Positions 1 through 9,430 of a stretch of 64,000 bases of DNA are shown piece by piece. The notes under the pieces were generated by a model. The model was not told the DNA's origin. It did no database searches and was given only the letters and a program-made list of their open reading frames with translations. The stretch's first letter is position 1. The number at the start of each line of letters is the position of its first letter. Source of the stretch: Candidatus Omnitrophota bacterium (GTDB lineage: Bacteria > Omnitrophota > Gorgyraeia > 1-14-0-20-64-10); NCBI GenBank assembly GCA_023818695.1, contig JAMWCF010000001.1:339306-403305 (forward strand), written 5' to 3'. Both the position numbers and the translations under genes were made by a program.

Positions 1-216
1 GCGATGAAGGACAAGTTCAAGACGTTCAGCCATGCTCATGAAATCAAAGAGGACTGGGTCGCCAATGTCTGGGAAAAGTGGCCGACCGACAGGCAGATGC
101 AGAATATCCACCCGGTGGATCCTCCGAAATTCCCGAGGGCCCTTTTGCGAGAACCGGACGACCTCCCGGCGATCTTAAAGGAACATCCGTACTATGCCTT
201 GGACATCATCCCATAG
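1..216 (+). CDS. 3' end of an unidentified gene (start lies upstream of the window)
   Basis: Frame 1 is open from base 1 to TAG 214-216, 9 nt before the next start. The 71 C-terminal residues give no recognisable family. Confidence 0.4.
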   Translation, partial: AMKDKFKTFSHAHEIKEDWVANVWEKWPTDRQMQNIHPVDPPKFPRALLREPDDLPAILKEHPYYALDIIP

Positions 217-225
217 GGGCCGACG

Positions 226-1338
226 ATGAAAATCCTGGTAACGGGCGGCGCGGGGTTCATCGGATCCCATCTGGTGGACGCTCTTGTCCGCAGGGGGCAC
301 AAGGTGAGGGTGCTGGACAACCTGGAGGAACAGGTCCATCACGGGGAGAAACCGGATTATCTCCATCCCGGCGCGGAGTATCTGTGGGGAGATGTTCGGG
401 ACAGGCGTCTGCTTTCTAAAGCCCTCCGGGGGATCGAGATCCTTTTCCATGAGGCCGCGTGCGTCGGCGTGGGGCAATCAATGTATCAGATCGACAAATA
501 CGTCGACAACAACACCCGCTCCGCCAGCATCCTCCTCGACATGATCGTCAACAAGAAACTCCCTATTCAAAAAATGGTCGTCGCCAGTTCCATGAGCATC
601 TATGGGGAAGGGGCCTACCGCTGTGCCGACTGCGGACCGGTCTTTCCCTCCGTGAGACCGGAAGAACAGCTGCGGCGGCGTCAATGGGAGATGCTCTGCC
701 CACGGTGCCGAAAACCGCTCGAACCCCAGCCGACCGCCGAGGAAAAACCTTTGGCTCCGACATCGGTCTACGCAATCACCAAAAGGGATCACGAGGAGCT
801 GTTCCTGACGGTCGGGCGCGCCTACAGGATCCCCACGGTAGCCCTGCGGTATTTCAACGTGTACGGGCCGCGACAGAACCTCTCCAACCCGTACACCGGC
901 GTCTGCGCCATCTTCTCGGCCAGGATCAAGAACAACAACCCTCCACTTATTTTCGAGGACGGCCTCCAGTCCAGGGATTTCGTGCATGTCAGCGACATCG
1001 TCCAGGCCAACCTCCTGGTGATGAAAAACCACCGGGCCGACGGCCAAGCGTTCAACGTCGGGACCGGACACTCCACCTCCATCCTGGAGATCGCCCGGAC
1101 GCTCGGCCGGCTCTACGGCAACGACATCGATCCGGAGATACCGAAGAGATTCAGGGCGGGGGACATCCGACACTGCTATGCGGAGATCTCGAAACTCCGC
1201 GCCATCGGGTTCCAGCCAACCGTCAAGTTGAAAGACGGGCTGCGGCAGCTGGTCCAGTGGGGCCAGCATGTCGCCGCCAAAGACGAGGTCCAAAAGGCGG
1301 CCTCGGAACTGGAGACGCGGGGATTGACGCGGGGATAG
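226..1338 (+). CDS. NAD-dependent sugar-nucleotide epimerase/dehydratase (extended SDR) carrying a Cys4 insertion
   Basis: Rossmann motif VTGGAGFIGSH; catalytic SSMS and YAITK (YxxxK); CxxC-x21-CxxC insert at aa 133-161. Confidence 0.9.
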   Translation: MKILVTGGAGFIGSHLVDALVRRGHKVRVLDNLEEQVHHGEKPDYLHPGAEYLWGDVRDRRLLSKALRGIEILFHEAACVGVGQSMYQIDKYVDNNTRSASILLDMIVNKKLPIQKMVVASSMSIYGEGAYRCADCGPVFPSVRPEEQLRRRQWEMLCPRCRKPLEPQPTAEEKPLAPTSVYAITKRDHEELFLTVGRAYRIPTVALRYFNVYGPRQNLSNPYTGVCAIFSARIKNNNPPLIFEDGLQSRDFVHVSDIVQANLLVMKNHRADGQAFNVGTGHSTSILEIARTLGRLYGNDIDPEIPKRFRAGDIRHCYAEISKLRAIGFQPTVKLKDGLRQLVQWGQHVAAKDEVQKAASELETRGLTRG

Positions 1339-1340
1339 GC

Positions 1341-2417
1341 ATGCAACCGATCTGCGACATCGTGATCCCGATTTGGAACCAGCCGGAGCTGACCGGTCGA
1401 TGCCTCGAAAGCATCCTGGCCGCCACCCTGGAGCCGGTTCGCTTGATCCTCATCGACAACGGCAGCGAACCGCCGACCAGGGAGCTGCTGGACCGCTTCT
1501 GCGCCTCCTCACGGGTTCAGACAACGCTGATCCGCAATGACGTGAATCTGGGGTTTATCAAGGCGGTCAACCAGGGAATCCAGGCGGCGCAGGCCCCCTG
1601 GATCTGCCTTCTCAACAACGACACCGTCGTCACGCAGGGGTGGCTCACGGAGATGCTCAAAGCGGCCGACCGGATCCCGAACGTGGGGCTGATCAACCCG
1701 ACCAGCAACTCCCTGGGATTCCGGCCCGGAAAGATGCCGCTGGAAGAGTACGCGCAGAATCTGCGGCGGTTCTCCGGCCAAACAACGGAGCTGACGGTGG
1801 CGCTCGGATTCTGCCTGCTGGCCAAAAAATCGGTTTTCGACCAGGTTGGCCTCCTGGATGAATCGTTCGGAATGGGTTACTTCGAAGACGACGACCTGTC
1901 GCGCCGAGTCCGGCGGGCGGGATTCACGAACGTAAGGGCCTGCGGTTCTTACGTCTATCATGAAGAGAAGGGATCCTTCCGCCATCTCAAAGATTCCAAC
2001 CGCTCTTTCGATGAGAACAGGCGCCTTTTCGAGAAAAAGTGGGGACGGCGGCTGCGGATCCTCTGGACCTACTACGGTCCGCAGCTGCCCGGGCCGTTCC
2101 CTGAAAAGACCGCGCTGCGCCTTCTCCAGGAAGGGCACTGGATCACCCTGATGGCTCCCGCCGGAGCGGTGCCTTCGGATCTGTCGTCGCATGCCCAGCT
2201 GATCTGGCGGCAAATCGACGGTTCCCGCTGGCGTCTCCACGCAACATGGCGGCTGCTGACAAAACGGAAAAAGCCGTTTCACATGGCCATCAGCTATGAC
2301 CCGGTATGGTCGGCTTGGGTTCAGCGGCTCAAACTCCTGCACCGAGCGGCCCTTCAGAAAAACCCTTCTGAGGAGGAGATCCTCCGGCAATGCAGGGAGC
2401 TGTCCCATGTCTCCTAA
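1341..2417 (+). CDS. Family 2 glycosyltransferase with about 110-aa C-terminal extension
   Basis: ATG at 1341, 2 nt after the upstream stop. Motifs DIVIPIWNQ, LILIDNGS, LLNNDTVV and GYFEDDDLSRR (DxD region). The 459-1340 part of the long ORF overlaps the SDR gene out of frame. Confidence 0.9.
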   Translation: MQPICDIVIPIWNQPELTGRCLESILAATLEPVRLILIDNGSEPPTRELLDRFCASSRVQTTLIRNDVNLGFIKAVNQGIQAAQAPWICLLNNDTVVTQGWLTEMLKAADRIPNVGLINPTSNSLGFRPGKMPLEEYAQNLRRFSGQTTELTVALGFCLLAKKSVFDQVGLLDESFGMGYFEDDDLSRRVRRAGFTNVRACGSYVYHEEKGSFRHLKDSNRSFDENRRLFEKKWGRRLRILWTYYGPQLPGPFPEKTALRLLQEGHWITLMAPAGAVPSDLSSHAQLIWRQIDGSRWRLHATWRLLTKRKKPFHMAISYDPVWSAWVQRLKLLHRAALQKNPSEEEILRQCRELSHVS

Positions 2418-3468
2418 GATTGAATGCGACATCGTCCTGCTCACCTGGAATCGGGCCGATCTCCTGAAACCCTGCGTCGAGCGGATCCTGCGCTTCACGG
2501 ACGTACCCAGCCGCCTCCTGCTCGTGGACAACGCCAGCACCGAGCCGGAGGCGGTGGAGTACCAGCAGCGGCTGAAGGGCAACGGGACGGTCCAGGTGGA
2601 GGTCATTAGACGCACTCACAACGACGGCTTTTCCAAAGGGATCAATGAGGGACTGCGCCGCGCCACGGCCCCTTGGGTCTGCCTGATGAACAACGACGTT
2701 CTGGTCGCGCAGGGGTGGCTCTCCGAGATGATCCGGGTAGCGAAGGCCCATCCAGAGATCGGGCTTTTAAACCCGATGAGCAACGAATTCGGTGCCTGGC
2801 CCGGCCGCGGCGAAACCATCGACCAGGCGGGGGAACGGGTCAGGCCGCGCAGGGGAGAATGGACCGAGTTCTGGAACTGCGTGGGCTTCTGCGCGCTTAT
2901 GCCCAGGCAGATCCTGGAAAAGGTGGGGATGCTGGATGAGGAGTTCGGCTTCATGTATTACGAGGATGCTGATTATTCACTGCGGGTCCGCCAGGCCGGG
3001 TACTGCTGCGGCATCGCGCTCGGAGCGTACGCCTACCACATCGGCAGCGCCACCATGAGCAGGAACCCGGACAAGGAGAGACTTTTCGAAGCCAACAAGG
3101 AACTGTTCCGAAAAAAATGGGGGCTGCCCCGGTCCGAAAGGATCGCCTGGCTCATGCCGCAAGGGCACAACCATTTCGACGACTCTCTGAAGCAAAGGGA
3201 ACAGATCCGTTTTCTGGCGAACCAGGATCACATCGTCTGGGTTTACTGCACCCCTTACAACAAATCGGCGGTGCCCCGGCACCTGAACGTTTTCTGCGAG
3301 GTCCTGCCGGCGCCGGTCTGCGTGCCGGTGGCCCTCTTGAAAATCCTGCTGAAGAAAAAAGGGTTCCAGCGGCTCATCCTCTCATCGGACAAACAACCGA
3401 GCTCGTGGATGCACTGGGTCGGCCGGATCACAAAAACGCGTGTGGAAACCCCTCCATCCCATGTCTGA
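2407..3468 (+). CDS. Family 2 glycosyltransferase, paralog of the preceding gene
   Basis: ATG 2407 overlaps the upstream gene by 11 nt. Motifs DIVLLTWNR, LLLVDNAS, LMNNDVLV and MYYEDADYSLR are colinear with the 1341-2417 product. Confidence 0.9.
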   Translation: MSPKIECDIVLLTWNRADLLKPCVERILRFTDVPSRLLLVDNASTEPEAVEYQQRLKGNGTVQVEVIRRTHNDGFSKGINEGLRRATAPWVCLMNNDVLVAQGWLSEMIRVAKAHPEIGLLNPMSNEFGAWPGRGETIDQAGERVRPRRGEWTEFWNCVGFCALMPRQILEKVGMLDEEFGFMYYEDADYSLRVRQAGYCCGIALGAYAYHIGSATMSRNPDKERLFEANKELFRKKWGLPRSERIAWLMPQGHNHFDDSLKQREQIRFLANQDHIVWVYCTPYNKSAVPRHLNVFCEVLPAPVCVPVALLKILLKKKGFQRLILSSDKQPSSWMHWVGRITKTRVETPPSHV

Positions 3469-5038
3469 AAAAATTCCCCTCTCTGTCGTCGTGCTGGCGA
3501 AAAATGAGGCCGGCCGGATCACCGAATGCCTCCGGTCGGTCGCCTGGGCCGACGAACTACTGGTCATCGACGATGACAGTTCCGACAACACCGCGGCGAT
3601 CGCCCAATCGATGGGAGCCACAGTCCTGCGCCGAACAATGGACATCGAGGGCCGCCACCGGAACTGGGCCCATTCCCAGGCCAAACATCCCTGGATCCTG
3701 AGTCTGGATGCCGACGAACGGGTCACCCCCGAACTGGAGCAGGAGATCCGCCGGCTGTTCGCCGACGGCCCCCAGTACGAGATCTACACCATCCCCAGAA
3801 GGAATTACATCGGCACCCGGTGGGTCCAGCACGGGGGATGGTACCCCAGCTCCCAGGTGAAGCTGTTCAAACCGGCCGTCTTTCGATGGGAGGAGACGAC
3901 GGTCCATCCGCGGGCAATCTCCGACCGGCCATGGGGCACCCTTCGAAGCGATATCATCCATTATTCCTACAGGGATCTCGGTGATTTCATCGGAAAACTG
4001 AACAGGCAAACGACCCTCGAAGCCCAGAAATGGGTTCAGGACGGCCGCCGGATGACGGCGGGCAAGGCGCTGTGGAGGACGGGCGACCGGTTCTACCGAA
4101 CCTGGGTGGGGAAGAAGGGAAGGCGGGACGGTTTCTTGGGATACGTCGTCGCCGTCTTCGCCGGCTTTTACCAGTTCTTGAGCTTCGCGAAATACTGGCA
4201 CTGGAAACACCGGGGGAAGGAAAGGCCGCCGGACATCAACGGAACAGGATCGCTCAAGGGGAGAAACCGCAGCAGACTCTCGGCCGTGATCCTGGCCAAG
4301 AACGCCGCGGAGAAGATCAGACCCTGTCTGGAATCGGTCCGGTGGATGGACGAGGTCATTGTCGTGGACGGGGGATCGACCGACGGGACGCAGGAGATCT
4401 GCCGCCGGGCTGAAGCGCGGGTGATCGTGGACGAAACGAGCGACGATTTCGGGAAACTGCGCAATGCCGGGACGGCAGCCGCCAGCGGAGACTGGATACT
4501 GCAGTTGGACGCCGATGAGGTGGTCATGCCGGACTTCCGGAAATGGCTCGAATCGCTGGCGCCCGAACCCAAACCCTACGCGGCCTACAAGTTCCGGCGG
4601 CGCAATAATTTTCTCGGCCACTGGATGCGTCACGGCGGGTGGGATCACCTCTCGCTGCACCTCTTTCACAGGGGCAGCGCCCGCTACGAGGGCCGGGTCC
4701 ATGAGAAACTGCTGGTGGAAGGAGCCGTGGGAACCCTGCCGGTGGGGGTGGAGCATTATCCCTTCGGCTCCCTGGAGGAATTCATGGAGAGGCAGAACCG
4801 GTACACCCTCCTGGAGGCCCGCCAGATGCTGGAATCGAACCCAACTCCCCCCATGAAAGAGATCTGGCGGCAGACAACCCTCAAACCAGCAAAACTGTTC
4901 TGGAAGCTGTACATTAAAAAGCAGGGGTTCCGGGAGGGAATGATCGGATTCATCTTCTGCGGACTCTTCGCGTTCGTCCATTTCATGAAATGGATCAAAG
5001 TGTGGGAAATGACTTATGCCAAAAGCGAACCGGTGTAA
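3461..5038 (+). CDS. Tandem double GT2 glycosyltransferase (two WaaE/KdtX-like domains in one polypeptide)
   Basis: Domain 1 has LSVVVLAKNEA, LVIDDDSSDNT, LSLDADE and HYSYRD. Domain 2 (from about nt 4274) has LSAVILAKNAA, IVVDGGSTDGT, LQLDADE and HYPFGS. ATG 3461 overlaps the upstream stop; a GTG at 3440 is an alternative start. Confidence 0.85.
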   Translation: MSEKIPLSVVVLAKNEAGRITECLRSVAWADELLVIDDDSSDNTAAIAQSMGATVLRRTMDIEGRHRNWAHSQAKHPWILSLDADERVTPELEQEIRRLFADGPQYEIYTIPRRNYIGTRWVQHGGWYPSSQVKLFKPAVFRWEETTVHPRAISDRPWGTLRSDIIHYSYRDLGDFIGKLNRQTTLEAQKWVQDGRRMTAGKALWRTGDRFYRTWVGKKGRRDGFLGYVVAVFAGFYQFLSFAKYWHWKHRGKERPPDINGTGSLKGRNRSRLSAVILAKNAAEKIRPCLESVRWMDEVIVVDGGSTDGTQEICRRAEARVIVDETSDDFGKLRNAGTAAASGDWILQLDADEVVMPDFRKWLESLAPEPKPYAAYKFRRRNNFLGHWMRHGGWDHLSLHLFHRGSARYEGRVHEKLLVEGAVGTLPVGVEHYPFGSLEEFMERQNRYTLLEARQMLESNPTPPMKEIWRQTTLKPAKLFWKLYIKKQGFREGMIGFIFCGLFAFVHFMKWIKVWEMTYAKSEPV

Positions 5039-5627
5039 AAAGCGGGCCGTTTTCCTCGATAGAGATGGGGTCATCAATCTACCTCCCAAACACCGGTTCA
5101 TCAGACATTGGGATGAGTTCCGGTTCATCCCGGGGACCCTTGCCGCCATCCGGCGGATGACCGTCCGGAAGATCGCGCTGGTGATCATCTCCAACCAGTC
5201 CGGCGTGGGTCGCCGGATCATGAGCCGGGCCCGGCTGGAAGAGATCCACCGCCGGATGATGGCTGCCGTCCGCCGACACGGCGGAAAGATCCTGGCGGCC
5301 TACTACTGCACCCACCATCCGGACCGGCGCTGCGGATGCCGGAAGCCCAAAACAGGGATGCTCACAAAAGCCGCGCGTGAACACGGAATCGATCTGAACC
5401 GATCGATCGTTGTCGGGGACAGGGAAACCGACATTCTGATGGCCCATGCAGCCGGCTGCCGCAGCGCCCTGGTCCTTTCCGGCAAACACGATAGGAAAAG
5501 CGCCAGCCGACTCGCCGTCCGTCCGGACAAAATCTTCCCGGACCTGTCCAGGACCGTCCCCTGGATACTCAAGGAAATGCAAAAGAAACCAAGCGCCGCC
5601 ATCCCCACTCCGGGGAGGCCTGCTTGA
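5016..5627 (+). CDS. gmhB: D-glycero-D-manno-heptose 1,7-bisphosphate phosphatase-like HAD phosphatase
   Basis: HAD motif I FLDRDGVIN; SNQSGVGRR; Zn-type CTHHPDRRCGCRKPKTGM; VGDRETD. Confidence 0.8.
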   Translation: MPKANRCKKRAVFLDRDGVINLPPKHRFIRHWDEFRFIPGTLAAIRRMTVRKIALVIISNQSGVGRRIMSRARLEEIHRRMMAAVRRHGGKILAAYYCTHHPDRRCGCRKPKTGMLTKAAREHGIDLNRSIVVGDRETDILMAHAAGCRSALVLSGKHDRKSASRLAVRPDKIFPDLSRTVPWILKEMQKKPSAAIPTPGRPA

Positions 5628-5637
5628 GGAGGCTTTG

Positions 5638-6750
5638 ATGCGGATCCTTCTCCTGCATGTGCCGGCCGGCGCGGGGCATCAACGGGCCTGCGAAGCAATC
5701 GCGGCCGCCTTCCATGAAAGGGGGCTGCAGATCGACGTCACGGTCAAAGACGCTCTCATCGGAGGCAACCGCATCTACCGGTGGGCGTTCACGAAGGGGT
5801 ATATCCGGCTGATCCATTCGTTCCCTTTTCTGTGGGGGATCGCCTATTACCTGACCGACATCCGGCCCTTGAACGGATTGATGCAGCGGCTTCACCGCTT
5901 GAGCAACGCCATGCACGGCAGCCGTCTCTCATCCTACCTGATCGAAAAGAAACCGGACGTCATCATCGGAACCCATTTCTTCCCAATGGAGGTGGCCGGC
6001 TGGCTTAAGTCGAGGGGAAAGATCACGAGCCGGCTTATCACGGTGGTAACCGATTACCAGCCGCACGCCCTGTGGGCCGCGCCTGGCATCGACACCTACG
6101 TCGTCGCCTCTCCCGAAGCGGGAGAAGAGTTGAGAAAGCGGGGGATCCCTCCGGACAAAATCAAACTGATCGGCATACCGGTCGATCCTAAATTTTCGTT
6201 CAACGGCACCCGTCCGGAGCTGGTCAAGAAACTCGGCTTGAAAGAGGGGACCTTCACCGTGCTGGTTGGCTCCGGTGGAGCGGGGACCGGTCCGGTGGTT
6301 GCACTGGTCAAGGCGCTGTGCGAATCCCAGGAACCGGTCCAGATGCTGGTTGTCGCCGGCTCCAACACCTCCCTCTTCGAAAAACTGGTCAGGATGAAAC
6401 CGTCCCTGCGGCACCCGGTGCATGTCTACGGCTTCATCAATAATATGGACGAGCTGATGGAGATCGCCGACCTGGTCGTCTCGAAACCGGGAGGGCTCAC
6501 CTGCACCGAAGCGCTGGCCAAACAGGTGCCCCTGGTGCTGGTCGCCCCCATCCCCGGCCAGGAAACGAACAACGCAAAAACGATGGTCTCCATGGGGGTG
6601 GCGGTCTGGGCGCGGAACGTCCAAGCGGCGGCCGGCTGGGTCCAGAAATTGCGGAACAACCGGCCGCTCCTGGAGGAGATGCGTCAAAAAGCGAAGGAAC
6701 AGGCCTGTCCGGACGCAGCGGCCCGGATCACCCGCCTGGTGATGCCATGA
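5638..6750 (+). CDS. MGDG-synthase-like / diacylglycerol glycosyltransferase (GT28 family)
   Basis: ATG 5638 is preceded by GAGGAGG. N-terminal MRILLLHVPAGAGHQRA and C-terminal SKPGGLTCTEALAKQVP...PIPGQE motifs are typical of the UgtP/MGDG synthase family. Confidence 0.75.
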   Translation: MRILLLHVPAGAGHQRACEAIAAAFHERGLQIDVTVKDALIGGNRIYRWAFTKGYIRLIHSFPFLWGIAYYLTDIRPLNGLMQRLHRLSNAMHGSRLSSYLIEKKPDVIIGTHFFPMEVAGWLKSRGKITSRLITVVTDYQPHALWAAPGIDTYVVASPEAGEELRKRGIPPDKIKLIGIPVDPKFSFNGTRPELVKKLGLKEGTFTVLVGSGGAGTGPVVALVKALCESQEPVQMLVVAGSNTSLFEKLVRMKPSLRHPVHVYGFINNMDELMEIADLVVSKPGGLTCTEALAKQVPLVLVAPIPGQETNNAKTMVSMGVAVWARNVQAAAGWVQKLRNNRPLLEEMRQKAKEQACPDAAARITRLVMP

Positions 6751-7427
6751 GCATGAACCGGCAGGAGCTTATCACGCTCATCGAACAGGGAAAACGGTTT
6801 TTGGAATCCCAGAAACGGCTCGGTATCGAGTGGATTGGCTTTCGCTGGGATGCCGCGGCGGGAAAAAGCAAAGCGGAGATCCTGGAACCGATCCGCTTCA
6901 AAGCGCTCGCGTGCCGCGCCTGCACGCTGGCCAAGGAACGCCGCTCCGTGGTCTGGGGGGAAGGGTCGCTGGACGCCCCGGTGGTCTTCGTCGGGGAGGG
7001 GCCGGGACGGGACGAAGATGAACAGGGCAGACCCTTCGTCGGCCGGGCCGGGGAACTCCTCAATAAAATGATCAAGGCGATGGGATTCCAGAGGGAACAG
7101 GTCTACATCGCCAACATCGTCAAATGCCGCCCCCCGATGAACAGAGTCCCGGAACCGGACGAGGTCGCCGCCTGCCACCCGTTTCTGGAGGCGCAGCTGA
7201 CCGTCATTCAACCGAAGGTGATCTGCGCCCTCGGCCGGACCGCCGCGAACAACCTCCTTGGAATCGACGCCCCCATGGGGATGCTGCGGGGCCGCGTTTT
7301 CGAGTGGCGGGGAATTCCGATGGTGGCGACATTCCATCCGGCCTATCTCCTGCGCAATCCTTCGGCCAAGACGGACGCTTGGAAAGACCTCCAGAAAGTC
7401 ATGAATATTCTGGGAATGAAGAAATGA
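6747..7427 (+). CDS. Uracil-DNA glycosylase, family 4
   Basis: GEGPGRDEDEQGRPFVGRAGELL motif, CRAC...C Fe-S cysteines, HPAYLLR; ATGA overlap with the upstream gene. Confidence 0.9.
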   Translation: MSMNRQELITLIEQGKRFLESQKRLGIEWIGFRWDAAAGKSKAEILEPIRFKALACRACTLAKERRSVVWGEGSLDAPVVFVGEGPGRDEDEQGRPFVGRAGELLNKMIKAMGFQREQVYIANIVKCRPPMNRVPEPDEVAACHPFLEAQLTVIQPKVICALGRTAANNLLGIDAPMGMLRGRVFEWRGIPMVATFHPAYLLRNPSAKTDAWKDLQKVMNILGMKK

Positions 7428-9427
7428 ACGAACCCCGGAAATTCGCGGAAGTGGCCGTCGGCCTGCCCGTGCAGAGTACGTTCCATTACCGGGTTCCGGC
7501 CCGCTTCCAGAGCCGGATCGGGGTCGGTCAGCGGGTGATGGTCCCCTTCGGGCACAGGCGCCTGCTGGGGGTGATCGTCGATTTCGTGGCCCGCCCCGAA
7601 GTGGCCGCGGTCAAACCGATCGACACCGTCCTCGATAACGAGGCGGTTCTGGAACCGGACCTGCTGCAGTTGACCCGCTGGATGGGCCGCCATTACCAGG
7701 TCGGATGGGGGGAAACGATCCAAACGGCGCTGCCGGTCCCTTTCAGGCGAGGTCAGTCGGACACGAAGCCCCGCGAGGAGGAGGAACCGGCGCCGCTGGT
7801 CCCCCATGAGCCGCCCCGGCTGACCGCCGCGCAGCGCGCCGTCCTGGAGCCGATCCAAAAGGCGATCGAAACCGGCGAGCACCAGATCTTTCTTCTCCAC
7901 GGGGTCACGGGAAGCGGAAAAACAGAGGTCTACCTGCAGGCGATCCGGACGGCACTGGAGAAAAACCTTTCCAGCATCGTTCTCGTGCCGGAAATCTCCC
8001 TGACGCCTCAAACCATCGAGCGGTTCCAGGGCCGCTTCGGGAGGAAAGAAGTGGCTCTTCTGCACAGCGGCATGCTGGAAAGCCGCCGGCTCCAGGAGTG
8101 GAAGAGGATCCGCTCCGGGGAAGCGCGGGTGGTGGTGGGGGCCCGCTCGGCGGTTTTCGCGCCGATCCGGTCGCTGGGACTCATCGTGGTGGACGAGGAG
8201 CATGAACCGTCCTATAAACAGGACGACTCCCCCCGCTACCATGCCAGGGAGGTCGCCATCCAGCGGGCGGTTTTGAACAAAGCGGTCGTCCTCCTGGGCA
8301 GCGCCACCCCCTCCCTCGAGTCGTATGAGAAAGCGCAGCGGGGAGAAATCCGGCTCCTGGAGCTGAAAGAGAGGGTCGAGGAGATCCCCCTGCCGGCCAT
8401 CGACATCGTCGATATGCGCCAGGAGATCCCCCGCGGACGCCATTCCTTCATCTTTTCCAGGAAGCTGGAGGAGGCGATCGCAAAAACGCTGGAGGAAAAA
8501 CAGCAGGCGATCCTTTTCCTGAACCGCCGGGGCTTCTCCACCTTTGCTCAATGCAGAAAATGCGGCCACACCATGCGCTGCCGGTCCTGCCAGATCGCGC
8601 TGACCTACCACATTGAAACCAAAGAGATGATCTGCCACTACTGCACGGCGGCGGTCCCTGCGCCGGAGCTGTGTCCCCAGTGCCGATCCGGTTATCTGCG
8701 GTTCTTCGGAACCGGCACGCAGCGGGTCGAAAGCGAGCTGGCGAAAAATTTCCCGCACGCCAGGATCGCCAGGATGGACACAGACGCCACGCGCGTGCGC
8801 GGCTCCCATGAAAAAATCCTCGGCGCGTTCCGGCGTGGCGAAACCGACATCCTGATCGGCACGCAGATGGTGGCCAAAGGGCTGGACTATCCCCGCGTTA
8901 CTCTGGTGGGGGTCATTTCAGCCGACACCGCCCTGAACCTGCCTGATTTCCGGTCCGCCGAAAGAACGTTCAACCTGTTGACGCAGGTGGCCGGGCGGGC
9001 AGGGCGCAGCCACCTGGCCGGACGGGTCATCGTCCAGACCTACGCCCCACACCACTACGCCATTCAGGCGGCCAGCCGCCACGATTACCGCGCCTTCTAC
9101 AACCAGGAGATCCAGGTTCGAAAGGAATTGAACCTTCCGCCGTTCAGCCGGCTCATCCAGCTGGTCAGCCGCTCCCCCAGCGCCCCGAAAGGGCTGGCCT
9201 TCGCCGAAAAAGCGGCCCAGGAATTGAGGAAGCACCTCCAGGGCCAGCCGGTGGAGATCGTGGGACCCTCTCCGGCTCCGATCCATAAGCTCCGGCGCCA
9301 GGTGAGATGGCAGATCCTGATAAAAACGGCTGTTTCGGATAAAATCGAAATGACGGTGGGGGAGGCGCTAAAGCGCCTCCATCCTCCCAAAGGATGCCAT
9401 CTGGCGGTCGACGTGGATCCTCTTTAG
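7424..9427 (+). CDS. priA: Primosomal protein N' (replication restart helicase PriA)
   Basis: Walker A GVTGSGKT, DEEH box VVDEEHE, Cys-rich Zn region CRKCGH..CRSC..CHYC..CPQC. ATG 7424 forms ATGA with the UDG stop; the 7124-7423 extension overlaps UDG and is rejected. Confidence 0.95.
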   Translation: MNEPRKFAEVAVGLPVQSTFHYRVPARFQSRIGVGQRVMVPFGHRRLLGVIVDFVARPEVAAVKPIDTVLDNEAVLEPDLLQLTRWMGRHYQVGWGETIQTALPVPFRRGQSDTKPREEEEPAPLVPHEPPRLTAAQRAVLEPIQKAIETGEHQIFLLHGVTGSGKTEVYLQAIRTALEKNLSSIVLVPEISLTPQTIERFQGRFGRKEVALLHSGMLESRRLQEWKRIRSGEARVVVGARSAVFAPIRSLGLIVVDEEHEPSYKQDDSPRYHAREVAIQRAVLNKAVVLLGSATPSLESYEKAQRGEIRLLELKERVEEIPLPAIDIVDMRQEIPRGRHSFIFSRKLEEAIAKTLEEKQQAILFLNRRGFSTFAQCRKCGHTMRCRSCQIALTYHIETKEMICHYCTAAVPAPELCPQCRSGYLRFFGTGTQRVESELAKNFPHARIARMDTDATRVRGSHEKILGAFRRGETDILIGTQMVAKGLDYPRVTLVGVISADTALNLPDFRSAERTFNLLTQVAGRAGRSHLAGRVIVQTYAPHHYAIQAASRHDYRAFYNQEIQVRKELNLPPFSRLIQLVSRSPSAPKGLAFAEKAAQELRKHLQGQPVEIVGPSPAPIHKLRRQVRWQILIKTAVSDKIEMTVGEALKRLHPPKGCHLAVDVDPL

Positions 9428-9430
9428 AAA

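Noticed and set aside
459-1340. N-terminal 294 codons of the 652-aa + strand ORF 459-2417.
   Set aside because: This part overlaps the well-supported SDR gene in another frame and is Arg/Pro-rich nonsense. The GT2 homology begins at ATG 1341, 2 nt after the SDR stop.
3557-5221. 554-aa minus-strand ORF, along with similar long antisense ORFs (for example 7343-8809, 19361-20647, 28106-29437, 41841-43391, 44200-45420, 56755-57789).
   Set aside because: Each lies exactly antisense to a + strand gene with strong family motifs. Their translations are Arg/Pro/Gly/Asp-rich with no recognisable domains, as expected for stop-poor shadow frames in high-GC DNA.
7124-7423. 100-codon N-terminal extension of priA.
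   Set aside because: It overlaps the UDG gene out of frame. PriA homology starts at MNEPRKFAEVAV (ATG 7424), which forms an ATGA junction.
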